A stretch of DNA of 64,000 bases from an uncultured Planctomycetota bacterium (GTDB lineage Bacteria; Planctomycetota; Planctomycetia; Isosphaerales; Isosphaeraceae), in assembly GCA_963845755.1 (NCBI GenBank), contig CAWJTV010000025.1:266745-330744 (forward strand). Direction: 5' to 3'. The stretch's first letter is position 1. Each line of letters starts with the position of its first letter. Positions 20,598 to 30,803 of this stretch are shown piece by piece. The position numbers and the translations under genes were made by a program. The notes under the pieces were generated by a model that saw only the letters and a program-made list of their open reading frames with translations, did not search any database and was not told the origin of the DNA.

Positions 20598-22022
20598 TCA
20601 GCGGAGGTAGAGCGGGCGCTCGACCACGAGGCCGGGCTCGATCTTCGACTTCAATTCCGACGCATCGAGGGCGAACAGGGGGCTGATCTCGATGCCGAAG
20701 GGGACCGAGCCGTCCGGCCGACGGGGGACGATCGCGCCGGCCTGCTCGAGCCAACTGCCGAACTGGTCGCTGATCCGCTGGTGTACCGTGGCCGGCGAGT
20801 CGGGCCCGACCGCGTTCTTGAGTGGCTCGAACTCACCGGACCGGTCGGTCTCGACGATGGCCCATCGGCCGGCCATCGGCAGCGCGTCGAAGATGAACTG
20901 CTCGAACTTGACCGCGTTCGGCTCCTTCGGCTTGACCGGTTGCCCCGCGTCGTCGAGGTACGGGACTTTCTTGACGGCCCGGTGGAACGGGAGATGATGC
21001 TCGCCCACCAAGCGCTCGATGAACGACCGCTCGAGGATATGGACGGCGATGCTGCCGGCCCAGAGCTCCAGCCGACCCTCGGGCTCGCGCCGGCCGGCCA
21101 GCTCCGCGGGGAGGTCGGTATACTCGATCACCTGGGGACGGCCGTCGACACTCACGATGACGCCGAGCTTCTCGTCGGGCGATTGACGCTCGACGACCTT
21201 GAACGACATCTCGGCGTCGGCGTCGCGGTGCAAGCCGACGAAGGTGGGGTCGGCGACGCGAACCAGCGGGTTGTCGACCTGGAAGTAGAAGAGGGTCCGG
21301 ACGCCGCGACTCCGCATCTCGTCGAGGCAACTCGGCATCCCGTCGGGGCCGGGCGCCGCCAGTGCCGCGAGCGTGCCGCCGTGGCCGTCGGGCGACAGCG
21401 CGACATGGTCCTTGTCCGCGAGCAACACCCTCCCGGTCGCCCGGTCCACCGCCGGCATCTGCCCCTGGACGAAGAACCGGACGTGGTCCAGGCCGAATTG
21501 ATCGTGGTCCCCGAAGAAGTCGACGGTCGCCCTGTGATTCTCCGGACTGGTCATGATGTACAGGGGGATGGACCGGCCGAACCGACGCCCCAGCGCCACG
21601 ATCTTCTCGGCGTGGATCTGGAACAGGCTGGCCGACGAGACGGGCCCGATGGGGAACGTCCCCTTCGGCCCTTCGAATCCCAGGCGCGTGCCCGAACCGC
21701 CGGCCACGATGATCACGCCGACCTCACCGGCCGCCAGCGCGTCGGCGCCGATCCCGGCGGCGCGGCGCTGGGCGACTCGCTCGCCATCGGTCTGGGGGAG
21801 CCGCTCCACCGCGATCGGCCGGACGCGATCGGCCGAGGCGACCGCCTCACCCTCGCCATGCACCAGCTCGCCGATCAGGCGATCGAGCCGATCGAAATCG
21901 ATCCCGGCCACCTCCGATGCCAGCCGAGTTCGCTGGTCCTCGTCCAGCTCCGCCCACCATCGCAAGAGATGGCTCTGTCCGTAACGATCCAGTCGTTCCA
22001 CCAACCACGGTTCGGGAGACAT
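20598..22022 (-). CDS. UDPGP type 1 family nucleotidyltransferase (eukaryote-type UDP-GlcNAc pyrophosphorylase-like)
   Basis: AGGSGTRLG..GPKG, YIMTS, SPDGHGG, QVDNPL, EKLG, IEYTDL, KFEQFIFD, EFEPLKN. Confidence 0.88.
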   Translation of the reverse strand: MSPEPWLVERLDRYGQSHLLRWWAELDEDQRTRLASEVAGIDFDRLDRLIGELVHGEGEAVASADRVRPIAVERLPQTDGERVAQRRAAGIGADALAAGEVGVIIVAGGSGTRLGFEGPKGTFPIGPVSSASLFQIHAEKIVALGRRFGRSIPLYIMTSPENHRATVDFFGDHDQFGLDHVRFFVQGQMPAVDRATGRVLLADKDHVALSPDGHGGTLAALAAPGPDGMPSCLDEMRSRGVRTLFYFQVDNPLVRVADPTFVGLHRDADAEMSFKVVERQSPDEKLGVIVSVDGRPQVIEYTDLPAELAGRREPEGRLELWAGSIAVHILERSFIERLVGEHHLPFHRAVKKVPYLDDAGQPVKPKEPNAVKFEQFIFDALPMAGRWAIVETDRSGEFEPLKNAVGPDSPATVHQRISDQFGSWLEQAGAIVPRRPDGSVPFGIEISPLFALDASELKSKIEPGLVVERPLYLR

Positions 22023-22089
22023 CGGGCAATCGACTCCACACCAACGGGGACCCTTCCGACACCAGAGCGGTGGTCTCCGTTCATCTCCA

Positions 22090-22890
22090 TCAGAATTCCA
22101 AGGTCAATCCGTCGTAGGCCAGTGCCACGCGCGTCGGCAGCTTGGCCTGGACCGGTCCATGATCAAAGGTATGAGAAAGGTGCGTCAAGAACGTCTGCCG
22201 GGGGTTCAACGCCTCGACCACCTCCAGCGCCTCACTTAACGAGAAGTGAGTGGGATGCGAGTCGAATCGCAGGGCGTCGAGGATCAGGATGTCCAGGCCC
22301 TCCAGCATCGCCCGGCTCGCATCCGGAATATGACTGACATCCGTGCAGTATGCCAGGGAGTCGATCCGGAAACCCAGCACGGGGGAGGTCCCATGATCCA
22401 GGCGGATGGGCAGGATGCGCTGGCCCAGGACTTCAAACGCGACACCCGGCTCGGTCTGGACGAAATCCAGCTTGGGCACGAACCCGGGGGGCCATTTCTC
22501 GGTCCCGGGCCGGAAGGCGTACGAGAACACGCGGCGGATGCAGTCCTCCGTCGCCTGCTCGCAGTAAACCGGCACGGGACCGCCGAGGCCCCGCGAGAAC
22601 AGCCGCGCGTCGTCGAGCCCGAAGAGATGATCGGCATGATGGTGCGTGAAGGCAATCGCGTGTACGTGGCGGATCCGTTCTCGCAGCAACTGGATCCGCA
22701 TTTCGGGCGTCGTATCGATCAGGAGGTTGCCCCGAGGGAACGCGAACAGGACGCTGGGCCGGGTCCGCTGGTTCCGGGGGTCGCTCGAGGTACAGACCGA
22801 GCACTCGCATCCGATCATGGGGACACCCGTCGAGGTCCCGGTCCCGAGGAACACCAGGCGGCGCGTCGGTGTCTCCGCGGAGTCGCTCAA
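22090..22890 (-). CDS. MBL-fold metallo-hydrolase, PhnP/YcfH-associated type
   Basis: FLGTGTSTGVP.IGC.C.VC.S, THHHADHLFGLDD, YCTD, HPTH, THLSH, AYDGL. Confidence 0.88.
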   Translation of the reverse strand: MSDSAETPTRRLVFLGTGTSTGVPMIGCECSVCTSSDPRNQRTRPSVLFAFPRGNLLIDTTPEMRIQLLRERIRHVHAIAFTHHHADHLFGLDDARLFSRGLGGPVPVYCEQATEDCIRRVFSYAFRPGTEKWPPGFVPKLDFVQTEPGVAFEVLGQRILPIRLDHGTSPVLGFRIDSLAYCTDVSHIPDASRAMLEGLDILILDALRFDSHPTHFSLSEALEVVEALNPRQTFLTHLSHTFDHGPVQAKLPTRVALAYDGLTLEF

Positions 22891-23014
22891 TCGTCAGACC
22901 CTCCCCGTGTCGTCCCCTCAGAACGTCCCATCGACAACTTTCCCCCTTCATCTTACGATAATCGCCCCCAGTTCGCGACCACCTTCCTTCCCGATGGAGG
23001 TCAACCAAACAAGC

Positions 23015-25117
23015 ATGGTTACCCGAACCTTACAAGACGAGATGGCCAGTGGTCTTCGGCTGCATCGAGACGGACGACTGGACGAAGCGGCGGGCATTTA
23101 CGAAGCAGCCCTGGCGCGGGATCCGGCGAATGCCGATGCCTGCTGCCTGCTCGGGGTGGTGCGGAACCAGCAGGGGCAACCGGCGACGGCCGTCGAGTTG
23201 ATCGGACGGGCCGTGGCGATGCGACCGGGCGTCGCGGGGTTCCATGCAAATCTCGGCCTGGCCTGGCAAGCGATGGGTCGTCTGGCCGAGTCGGCCGACG
23301 AGTTCGGCACGGCGCTCTCGCTGTATCCGGACGACCCGGCCGCCCATGTCAATCGCGGGGTGGTGGTTCACGCGTTGGGAGATAAGCACCAGGCCCTGGA
23401 GCATTTCCGGCGCGCGACCGAGCTCAACCCTCATCTGGCTCAGGCCCGGACGAATCTCGGCGAGGTGCTTCTGGAGCTGGATCGGCCCCAGGAAGCCCTG
23501 GCGCATTGCCAGACCGCCCTCGCGCTCGAGCCCGAGCTGGTGGAAGCCCATATCAATCTGGGCAATGTCCTTCGCGTGCTCGGCCGGCTCGACGAGGCGA
23601 GAAAGTCCTATCTCGAGGCCATGCGGTTGGATCCGTTCCGCGGCCATGCGGCCGCGGGACTGGGACTGACCGCCCTCCGCCGGGAAGCCTGGGATGAGGC
23701 GCTGGATTGGCTCCGCCGTGCCGTCGAGGTCGAACCGAGGTCCGTCGAGCTGCTCCGATACCAGGCCGAGGCCGCGGCCCTCTGCAAGCTGTACCCCGAG
23801 GTCCAGGAATGCTGCCGGCGGATCCTGGAGATCGATCCCCAATATGCACTGGCCCACAACGTGCTGGGCTACATCCACCACGAGGAGAGCCAGCTCGAGG
23901 AGGCCCGGCAGCGGTATGAGACGGCGCTTCGACTGGATCCCCACCTGGCCCTCGCCCATCACAATCTCGGCGTGCTCCACGCGGAGATGGGCAACCTCGC
24001 CGAAGCCGAGACCCATCTTCGGACGACCCTGCAATACGAGCCCAATCACACGATGACCCTGGCCCGCCTCGCGTCGCTGCTGGGAGGCGCCTTGCCGGAC
24101 GCCGACCTCGCGGCGGTCCATCGATGCCTGGCGGATCCCGATCTCGACGGCGGCAACCGGGCACACCTCCTGTTCGGACTCGCCCAGATCCAGGACGCAC
24201 GGCAGGAGTTCGCCGAGGCCGCGGCGAGTCTGGAGCAGGCCAACAGCCTGGCCCTGGCCGAGCAGAGACGGCGCGGTTCGGTCTACGATCCGGCCGACCA
24301 TCGACGATTCGTCGATGCGATCCTCGCCGCCTTCCAACCGGCCCTGTTCCAACGGCTGGCCGGCGCGGGACTCGATGGGCCCCGACCGATCTTCATCATC
24401 GGGCTCCCGCGATCCGGCACGACCTTGATCGAGCAGGTCCTCGCCAGCCATCCCCAGGTCCACGGAGCCGGCGAGATCCCCCTGGCCCGGCGCAGCCTCG
24501 ATGAGATCCCCGAGGTCCTGGGACGCACCGATCCGCCGCTGGATTGCGTGGCGGATTGGAATGCCGAGATGGTCAACGAACTGGCCAGGCGTCACGACCG
24601 ATGGCTGCGAGAGCTCGACGGCGGCTGCTCCGAGCGGATCGTTTCCAAGATGCATGAGAACTACTACTATCTGGGACTGATCTTGCTCATGTTCCCCCGC
24701 GCCGTGGTGATCCACTGCCGCCGCGACCCGCGCGATGTGGCCTTCTCCTGCTGGCTCACGAACTTCAGACAGGTCCCCTGGGCCAACCATTTCGACCACA
24801 TTGCCACTCGCTTCGAGGAATATCGTCGATTCATGGCCCACTGGCGTTCGGTCTTGCCGGCGACGATCCACGACCTGGACTACGAGGAGACCGTGGCCGA
24901 CCTCGAAGGGGTCGCTCGACGTCTCCTGTCTGCTTGCGGATTGGACTGGCATCCGGCCTGCCTGGAATTCCATCGCACCCGCCGGCCCATCCGGACCGCC
25001 AGCATGACCCAGGTCCGACAACCCATTTACCGGCGCTCGGTCGGCCGATGGAAGTCCTACGAGCGCGAGCTCGCCGGCCTCTTCGATCGGGTCGCTTCAG
25101 GCGGGGATCCGCAATGA
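23015..25117 (+). CDS. TPR-repeat protein with C-terminal sulfotransferase domain
   Basis: Many TPRs; PIFIIGLPRSGTTLIEQVLASHP (PAPS-binding loop), RDPRD, YEE.V, TAS..QVRQPIY. Confidence 0.88.
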   Translation: MVTRTLQDEMASGLRLHRDGRLDEAAGIYEAALARDPANADACCLLGVVRNQQGQPATAVELIGRAVAMRPGVAGFHANLGLAWQAMGRLAESADEFGTALSLYPDDPAAHVNRGVVVHALGDKHQALEHFRRATELNPHLAQARTNLGEVLLELDRPQEALAHCQTALALEPELVEAHINLGNVLRVLGRLDEARKSYLEAMRLDPFRGHAAAGLGLTALRREAWDEALDWLRRAVEVEPRSVELLRYQAEAAALCKLYPEVQECCRRILEIDPQYALAHNVLGYIHHEESQLEEARQRYETALRLDPHLALAHHNLGVLHAEMGNLAEAETHLRTTLQYEPNHTMTLARLASLLGGALPDADLAAVHRCLADPDLDGGNRAHLLFGLAQIQDARQEFAEAAASLEQANSLALAEQRRRGSVYDPADHRRFVDAILAAFQPALFQRLAGAGLDGPRPIFIIGLPRSGTTLIEQVLASHPQVHGAGEIPLARRSLDEIPEVLGRTDPPLDCVADWNAEMVNELARRHDRWLRELDGGCSERIVSKMHENYYYLGLILLMFPRAVVIHCRRDPRDVAFSCWLTNFRQVPWANHFDHIATRFEEYRRFMAHWRSVLPATIHDLDYEETVADLEGVARRLLSACGLDWHPACLEFHRTRRPIRTASMTQVRQPIYRRSVGRWKSYERELAGLFDRVASGGDPQ

Positions 25118-25822
25118 TCGGCAGGTTGCCGTGTAGCTTCCCTCCAGCGGCAACGAGACGCACAGCTCGAGGGTGAGCCACAGTGGCATTATGGGAAGCA
25201 TCTGTCCCAACGTCAGCGGCTCCGGCCAGGCTTCGACCCGCGGGCGCTTCCGGAGAGTCACAGCCCTGTACGCCACGGCGTAAAGCCCAGTGGCCGATTC
25301 CCAGACGGCGCGACGGTTCTTGACATCGAGGACCTCGAATAACTCGCGGTGCAAGTTCGCCGATCGCGCCGTTACGACGTCCACGATGACCACGCTGACG
25401 CCGTGCCTCAGGTATCCGGCGCACCCGGCGGCGAACGTCCGGCGACTCCCCGGACGATCCTTGTTCGCGGGGCTGACCAGCTCGACGGTCGCGCGCAGCT
25501 CGGCACCTCCGAGATCCTGATACACGCGAACCTCGTAGGAATCGAGCTGGGCGAAATCGACCGGGGCAACGATCTTCGGCCGCGGCGGTGCCCAGACGGC
25601 CGTATCGACCGGGCTGTCCGGCGCAATGGCCCCGCCCGACTCCATCGTCGCCACATCGATCTCCAGAGTGGGTCCGAGGCTAATCTCCGGTTCGGCGTAA
25701 TAGCCGGGGGGCAAAGTCTCCAGGTTGAGCTGCTGCGCGATCGTGGTCGCCCAGGTATGGTGAAAACCCTCCCAGCGGCGCGGGCCATGCAACGGAGGAT
25801 GGAAATGGTCGAGCAGTGGCAT
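25097..25822 (-). CDS. DUF4058 family protein (PD-(D/E)XK-like)
   Basis: MPLLDHFHPPL...WEGFH..WA, VELVSPANK, GVSVVIVD, LEGSY..TC. Confidence 0.75.
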   Translation of the reverse strand: MPLLDHFHPPLHGPRRWEGFHHTWATTIAQQLNLETLPPGYYAEPEISLGPTLEIDVATMESGGAIAPDSPVDTAVWAPPRPKIVAPVDFAQLDSYEVRVYQDLGGAELRATVELVSPANKDRPGSRRTFAAGCAGYLRHGVSVVIVDVVTARSANLHRELFEVLDVKNRRAVWESATGLYAVAYRAVTLRKRPRVEAWPEPLTLGQMLPIMPLWLTLELCVSLPLEGSYTATCRSLRIPA

Positions 25823-25852
25823 TCCGTGAGGCTCCGGCGAGAGAAGCTGATC

Positions 25853-26446
25853 TCAAGTCCTGGCCGGTCGCACGGGCGGGAACTCGACCTTTGCATAAAT
25901 ATCGCGCAGCGAGACCTCGCAGTCGATCGAATCCAGCCTCAGCGATTCGTCGAGACCGCAGAACTCCTTGAGGAGCCACTCATCGCCCTGTCGCGTATAA
26001 CGCTCCACGCGCACCTTGTCCTGCGCGATGAGCACGTACTCCCGCAATGAAGCAAGCCGGCGGAACTGTGCAAACTTGTCGCCACGGTCGTAGGCTTCCG
26101 TCGTCGGCGACAAGACCTCGACGATCATCGTTGGGTTGAGCAGGGTGTCGACTTTGTCGTCCTCAAACTCGGCTTCTCCACATACGGCGACGACGTCGGG
26201 GTAGGTGTAGAGCCCGGTCGGGCTGACGCGAACGCGTATCTCGCTGATATAGACCGTGCAAGGGCGGTCCTCGATCTGGTTGCCGATCTTACGGTAGACG
26301 TTGCCGGTAACCTGGTTGTGCTCTTTACTTGTCCCCGCCATCGCGATGATGTAACCGTTGCAATACTCGCTCTTGAAGTCCGCTTTCCGTTCCAGAGTGA
26401 GATACTGCTCCGGGGTAAAGCGAGGGATTTCCGTGGCTGATGCCAT
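25853..26446 (-). CDS. Uma2/DUF820 family endonuclease-like protein, paralog 1
   Basis: KSEY.NG.I.AMAG...H, YTYPDV, IVEVLSPTTEAYDRGDKF, LREYVLI. Confidence 0.9.
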   Translation of the reverse strand: MASATEIPRFTPEQYLTLERKADFKSEYCNGYIIAMAGTSKEHNQVTGNVYRKIGNQIEDRPCTVYISEIRVRVSPTGLYTYPDVVAVCGEAEFEDDKVDTLLNPTMIVEVLSPTTEAYDRGDKFAQFRRLASLREYVLIAQDKVRVERYTRQGDEWLLKEFCGLDESLRLDSIDCEVSLRDIYAKVEFPPVRPART

Positions 26447-26628
26447 GACATCCTCCTCTCGGGTGGTCGTGAAGCGATCCTCCCATTCTACGAGATCGTA
26501 CCATGGTCCGCGACGGCGGGCTGGGCGAAGGGACCGCTCACCGTCCCCGAGAGACGAGGGACAGGCCCCCAGGCCGCGCTGAACCTGTCCCTGTTCTCAA
26601 CCGGGTGTGTCCGCTTCGCCGGGCGGGA

Positions 26629-29600
26629 TCACCGTTTCACTGCCGTCCGAGCCTCCAGCCCGGCAACCAGCACATCGACCGCCTGGTCGAGCGCTTTACC
26701 CTCGAAGTCCTTCGCCCGGATGACGCCATCGGCATCGATGACGTAGACGGCGGGGATCACGATCGGCTGCCACCGGCGAAAGTTTGGGCCGACCAGGCCA
26801 CCGTCCCACCAGCATCGCCAGGTGATCTCGCCCGATGCGAGCGCTTTTTGCAGCGTCGCCTTGTCGTCATCGCTGCTGACGCTCAACAAGACGAACGGCC
26901 GCCCTCTCATCCGCTGGACAAGTGCTCGTTGGTGAGGGTTGTCGCGGCAGGAGCTGCCGGCGAACGTCAGGACGACGACCTTGCCGCGAAAGCCGCTCAG
27001 CCGGAAGGGCTTGCCGTCCGCGTCCGATCCTTCGACCTCCAGAGCGGGCTTTCCTACGGCGAGCACGCGGAGTTGGAGCAAGGCCTGGGCGGCCGGTTCG
27101 CCCAACTTGCCGTACTTCCCCGCGATATCCGCATATTGCTTGACTACGCGGTTGAAGTATTGCTCCGCCTCCCGGTTCAATGAGTCCGGGTCTTCGTCGG
27201 ATCGTTTGACCGGCCCTCGACCACCGGACCGCGCCAACTCCTCGAGCCTCAGGAACGGATCGGGCTCGGGCCCCCGCAACTTGCGGAGGGAGTAGGCCCT
27301 GTTCCTGAGCAGTTCTGCGAGCTTCAGGCAGGCCAGGCCGCGCGCGGCCGGCGTTGGACCGTGCTCCGCGGCGGCGCGGAGGAGCTGCTCGGCGGCCGAC
27401 GACGGGGCCGGGAACATGGTGGGAATCAGTTGTTGATAGATCGCGATCAGCTTATTGCTCTTGAGGTGGTCGCGGATGAGGATATCGGCGGCCTCGTCCG
27501 CCTCGGGCGGCGTGAATCGGCTGGCCACAAGACCGCCCAGGGCATCGATCGCGATGGGGTCACCCGGATACTTGCGGGCGAGGGCCAGGAATCGAGGGGC
27601 ATAGGACCAGTCCAGCCGGCCCAGGCCCAGGAATGCCGCGCGCGCCTCTTGCTCCGTCTTCGCCTCGTGGGATGCCTGGTCGTCGGCGCGCTTCGCCGAC
27701 TCATACTCATCGAGCAATGAGCTGTACTCCTGCTTGGCGGCGAGAGACTTCGCATCACCGGGGGATGCGGAGCCTGTGGCTTGCGGTACCGGAGTTCCCG
27801 ATTCGGCCGCCAGGCCGGTCTTTTCCCCCTCCTTCTGGTAGAGCTCCATCTCCTGCACGGACTTGGGGACCGGCCCCTCGCCGGACCGCGCCAGCCGCAC
27901 CACGCCCCCGGATCGGACCAGGTTCCGCCAAGGATCATACCGTTTGTCGATCCCGCGGGTTCCCTCGGGAACGCTCAGGGCGCTCAGGGTGAAAGCCGAC
28001 TCCGGCACTTTCGCCGCGCCATTGGCCCGCAGGTTTCGGACGGTCAGGTCGATCTCCCTGACGGGTCTGTGGTCGCTCCCGTAATAGGCGGTCTTGACGT
28101 AATGGGCCGGATACCAGACGCCAGAAAGCTTCTGCCAATCACTGCTCATGCCCACGACGACCATCCACTTGCCGTCTTGCATCGGTCCTGCGCGGAGAAG
28201 TACCGGAAGCCAGTCCGTAGCCTCGTCGCACGTGACTTCCACGCGCCCGCCATTGTCGGCGTGGAGGAATCGCAGGAGGACCTTGCCGTCGCGCCTCCTC
28301 GGACTCGATCGTGCGGCAGTTTTCCCAGAATCCCTGCAACTTGCCACTGTTGGTGCAGAAAGGCTCGGCGTAGTGCAACCAGGGGTCGAGATACCGAAGC
28401 GGGACGAAGGGGGTCTGGTATTCCCATTCTTCAGCCGACCTGGGCGGCTTCATGACCGTGAGGAGGAACCCGTACAGCATATCTTCTCCGCTGTAGGCGA
28501 GCATGTCCCGAGATCGAACCACGCTGTACACCTTCGGTTTCTTGAACAGGAACTCCAGACCGCTCGGGACGACCTTCATTTGGGGATAGATCCCCTCGAG
28601 GTCATATCGCACGGATCCGTCTCTCCAGTACAGCGTCCCGTGATATCGTGCGGAGATCACGTTTGTCGTCTTGCGGGACTGCTCGACGTGACCATGCTCG
28701 GCCTCAAGGTCGTAGTCGAAGATGAGCCGATGAAGCGATCCAAAATTCGCCGTGGCGGAGCGGGCGCAGCTGCTTGAGCCGCTCCTTGGTGGCCGCGTCG
28801 GCGTTCGTGAGCTTGTCCACCCAGGCCCAATCGCCATCGGCCGCACGGCCGGAGGCGAAGACCGCCGGGCCGGATGGTGGGCCGGCCAGGAGTTGAGCAT
28901 AGGTGACGACGCCCACCCCGGCCGCTCCGACGGAGAGAGACAGGATCGTCGCGACGAGGATCCCCTTGGAGGTCAGCTTGGCGATCAGCATGGTCTTGAG
29001 CACCCCCTGCGTGATGGTGGCGAGGTACGCGGGAACCGTTCCGGCCAGGCTCCCTTCGAGTGCGAATCGGGCCGCGGCCCTGGCCGTGCTGGCGACGAGA
29101 GCGGGCGGGACTGCGGCCGGGCTCGCGGTGCGCCATGATTCGACAGCCAGCCCTACGGACGGGAGGGCCAGCCCGCGGCGGGTCAGCCTCCGGCGCAATT
29201 GGTCCCGGCCTCGGGATAACCGGCTCGACAGCGTGCCGACGGGGATTCCCAGGAGTGCGGCCGCTTCCCTCTGCGTCTTTCCTTCCAGATCACAGAACAC
29301 GACCAGTGCGCGGAACGACTCGGGGATCCGGCTCAGCTCGTCGTCGATCGCGAACCGCAGCTCGTCGATGTCGGCCTGCTCCGGCGGTGTTTCGGCGCGT
29401 ACCCTGTCGTCCATCTGACCCTCCCGGACCCGCCGGCGCGCGCGCTCTTCCTGACCTCCTTCGCGGTGCGGACGGCGACACCATAGAGCCAGTTGGCGAG
29501 CCGCTCGCGCCGGGCGATCGCGCGCGCCTTCCGCGCCAACACGAGGAACGTCACCTGAAAGGCATCGTCGGCGTCGTTGGGGTCTGTCAGGATCCGCCGG

Positions 29601-29779
29601 CAGACCCGAAGCACCATCGGACCGTGGCGCTCGACCACCGCCGCGAAGGCGTCCTCGGCCTCCTCACCGCGCCGCGACAAGAACGCCTCGAGGAGCTGGG
29701 CGTCGCTGAGCCTCCCGACCGCCCCGAGACGGAACAGGGTCCGCATCTCCCGGAACACGGCTTTCGAATCGCTCGCCAT
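26629..29779 (-). CDS. ECF sigma factor with TM and long periplasmic extension ending in a TlpA/redoxin domain (frame breaks near 29420, 28750, 28300)
   Basis: sigma2 (AFAAVVERHGPMVLRVC..DADDAFQVTFLVLARKA), sigma4 (CDLEGKTQREAA..GTLSSRLSRGR), VPPALV linker, TM, then VGKPALEVEG.D.DGKPFRLS.FRGKVVVLTF...PAVYVIDADGVIR. Confidence 0.7.
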
Positions 29780-29968
29780 GAATCAATCCCTTCGCGGTCC
29801 TCGATACGCCGCTTCTCCGCTCCGCGGATCGCCTCGCAGTTCGTCCCCGTCGTGCGTCCTCCGCAATGTACTGGGCAAATCGCGGCGGATCCATCCCGGT
29901 TTTCCTCGGATTCACCAAGAAACGAGGACTGGCTCCGCGAAAGCTCGGGTTGCGCACGGATCCGGAGT

Positions 29969-30037
29969 CCGTAGGGTGCTCTGTGAGCACCGGAAAGGGC
30001 GAGACACGGGGATTGGTGCTTACAGAGCACCCTACGG
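29969..30037. repeat. GTAG-type REP hairpin
   Basis: CCGTAGGGTGCTCTGTGAGCACC ... GGTGCTTACAGAGCACCCTACGG inverted repeat. Confidence 0.85.
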
Positions 30038-30129
30038 CTCGTGGGCAACCCAACCGTGAAGCGCTCGAGCCCGCGAAAGCTCGGGGCCAGTCCCTGGTAT
30101 TTGGGCTCTCTGCCGGCGGATTACCGATC

Positions 30130-30723
30130 TCAAGACCTCGCCGCTTTTTCGGCAGGGAACTCGATCAGGGCATAGATCTCCCGCAAGGCGACCTCGCAGC
30201 CGATCGAGGGGAGCGGAAGGGCATCGTCCAGGCTCTTGAACTCCGTCAGAAGCCACTGGTCGCCCTGGCGCGTGTATCGCTCAACCAGCACCTTGTCCTG
30301 GGCGATGAGGACGTACTCCCGCAACGATGACAATTGGCGATACTTCGCGAACTTGTCTCCGCGATCGTAGGCTTCCGTCGTCGGGGACAGGACCTCGGCG
30401 ATCATCGTCGGGTTAAGCAATGTATCCACTTCATCGTCCAGGAACCGAGGTTCGCCGCAAACCGCCATGACGTCAGGATAAGTGTAGAGCCCGGTCGAGC
30501 TGACGCGGAGCCGCATATCGCTCGTGTACACCTCGCAAGGACGGCCCTTGAGCTGAGAGCGGATCTCACCGTGTAGGTTGCCCGCGATCAGATTGTGTTC
30601 GCGAGTAGCACCAGCCATCGCCCAGATGAAACCGTTGTTATACTCACTCTTGGAATCCGCCTTGCGCTCCAAGGCGAGATACTGCTCCGGTGTGAAGCGG
30701 GGGACTTCTGTAGCCGATGCCAT
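30130..30723 (-). CDS. Uma2/DUF820 family endonuclease-like protein, paralog 2
   Basis: Same length (197 aa) and motifs as 25853-26446. Confidence 0.9.
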   Translation of the reverse strand: MASATEVPRFTPEQYLALERKADSKSEYNNGFIWAMAGATREHNLIAGNLHGEIRSQLKGRPCEVYTSDMRLRVSSTGLYTYPDVMAVCGEPRFLDDEVDTLLNPTMIAEVLSPTTEAYDRGDKFAKYRQLSSLREYVLIAQDKVLVERYTRQGDQWLLTEFKSLDDALPLPSIGCEVALREIYALIEFPAEKAARS

Positions 30724-30803
30724 GGAATCCTCCTTTCGGTTGGTTCTCGATCCATGCTCTTCATTCTATGAGATCGAGCAATAGTCAGCGACCGCGCTCA
30801 CGA

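Noticed and set aside
20580..25021. Long antisense ORFs (e.g. 20580-22337 +, 23030-25021 -)
   Set aside because: Shadow ORFs of real genes, expected at high GC; the same applies to 51407-53296 and 58489-60279
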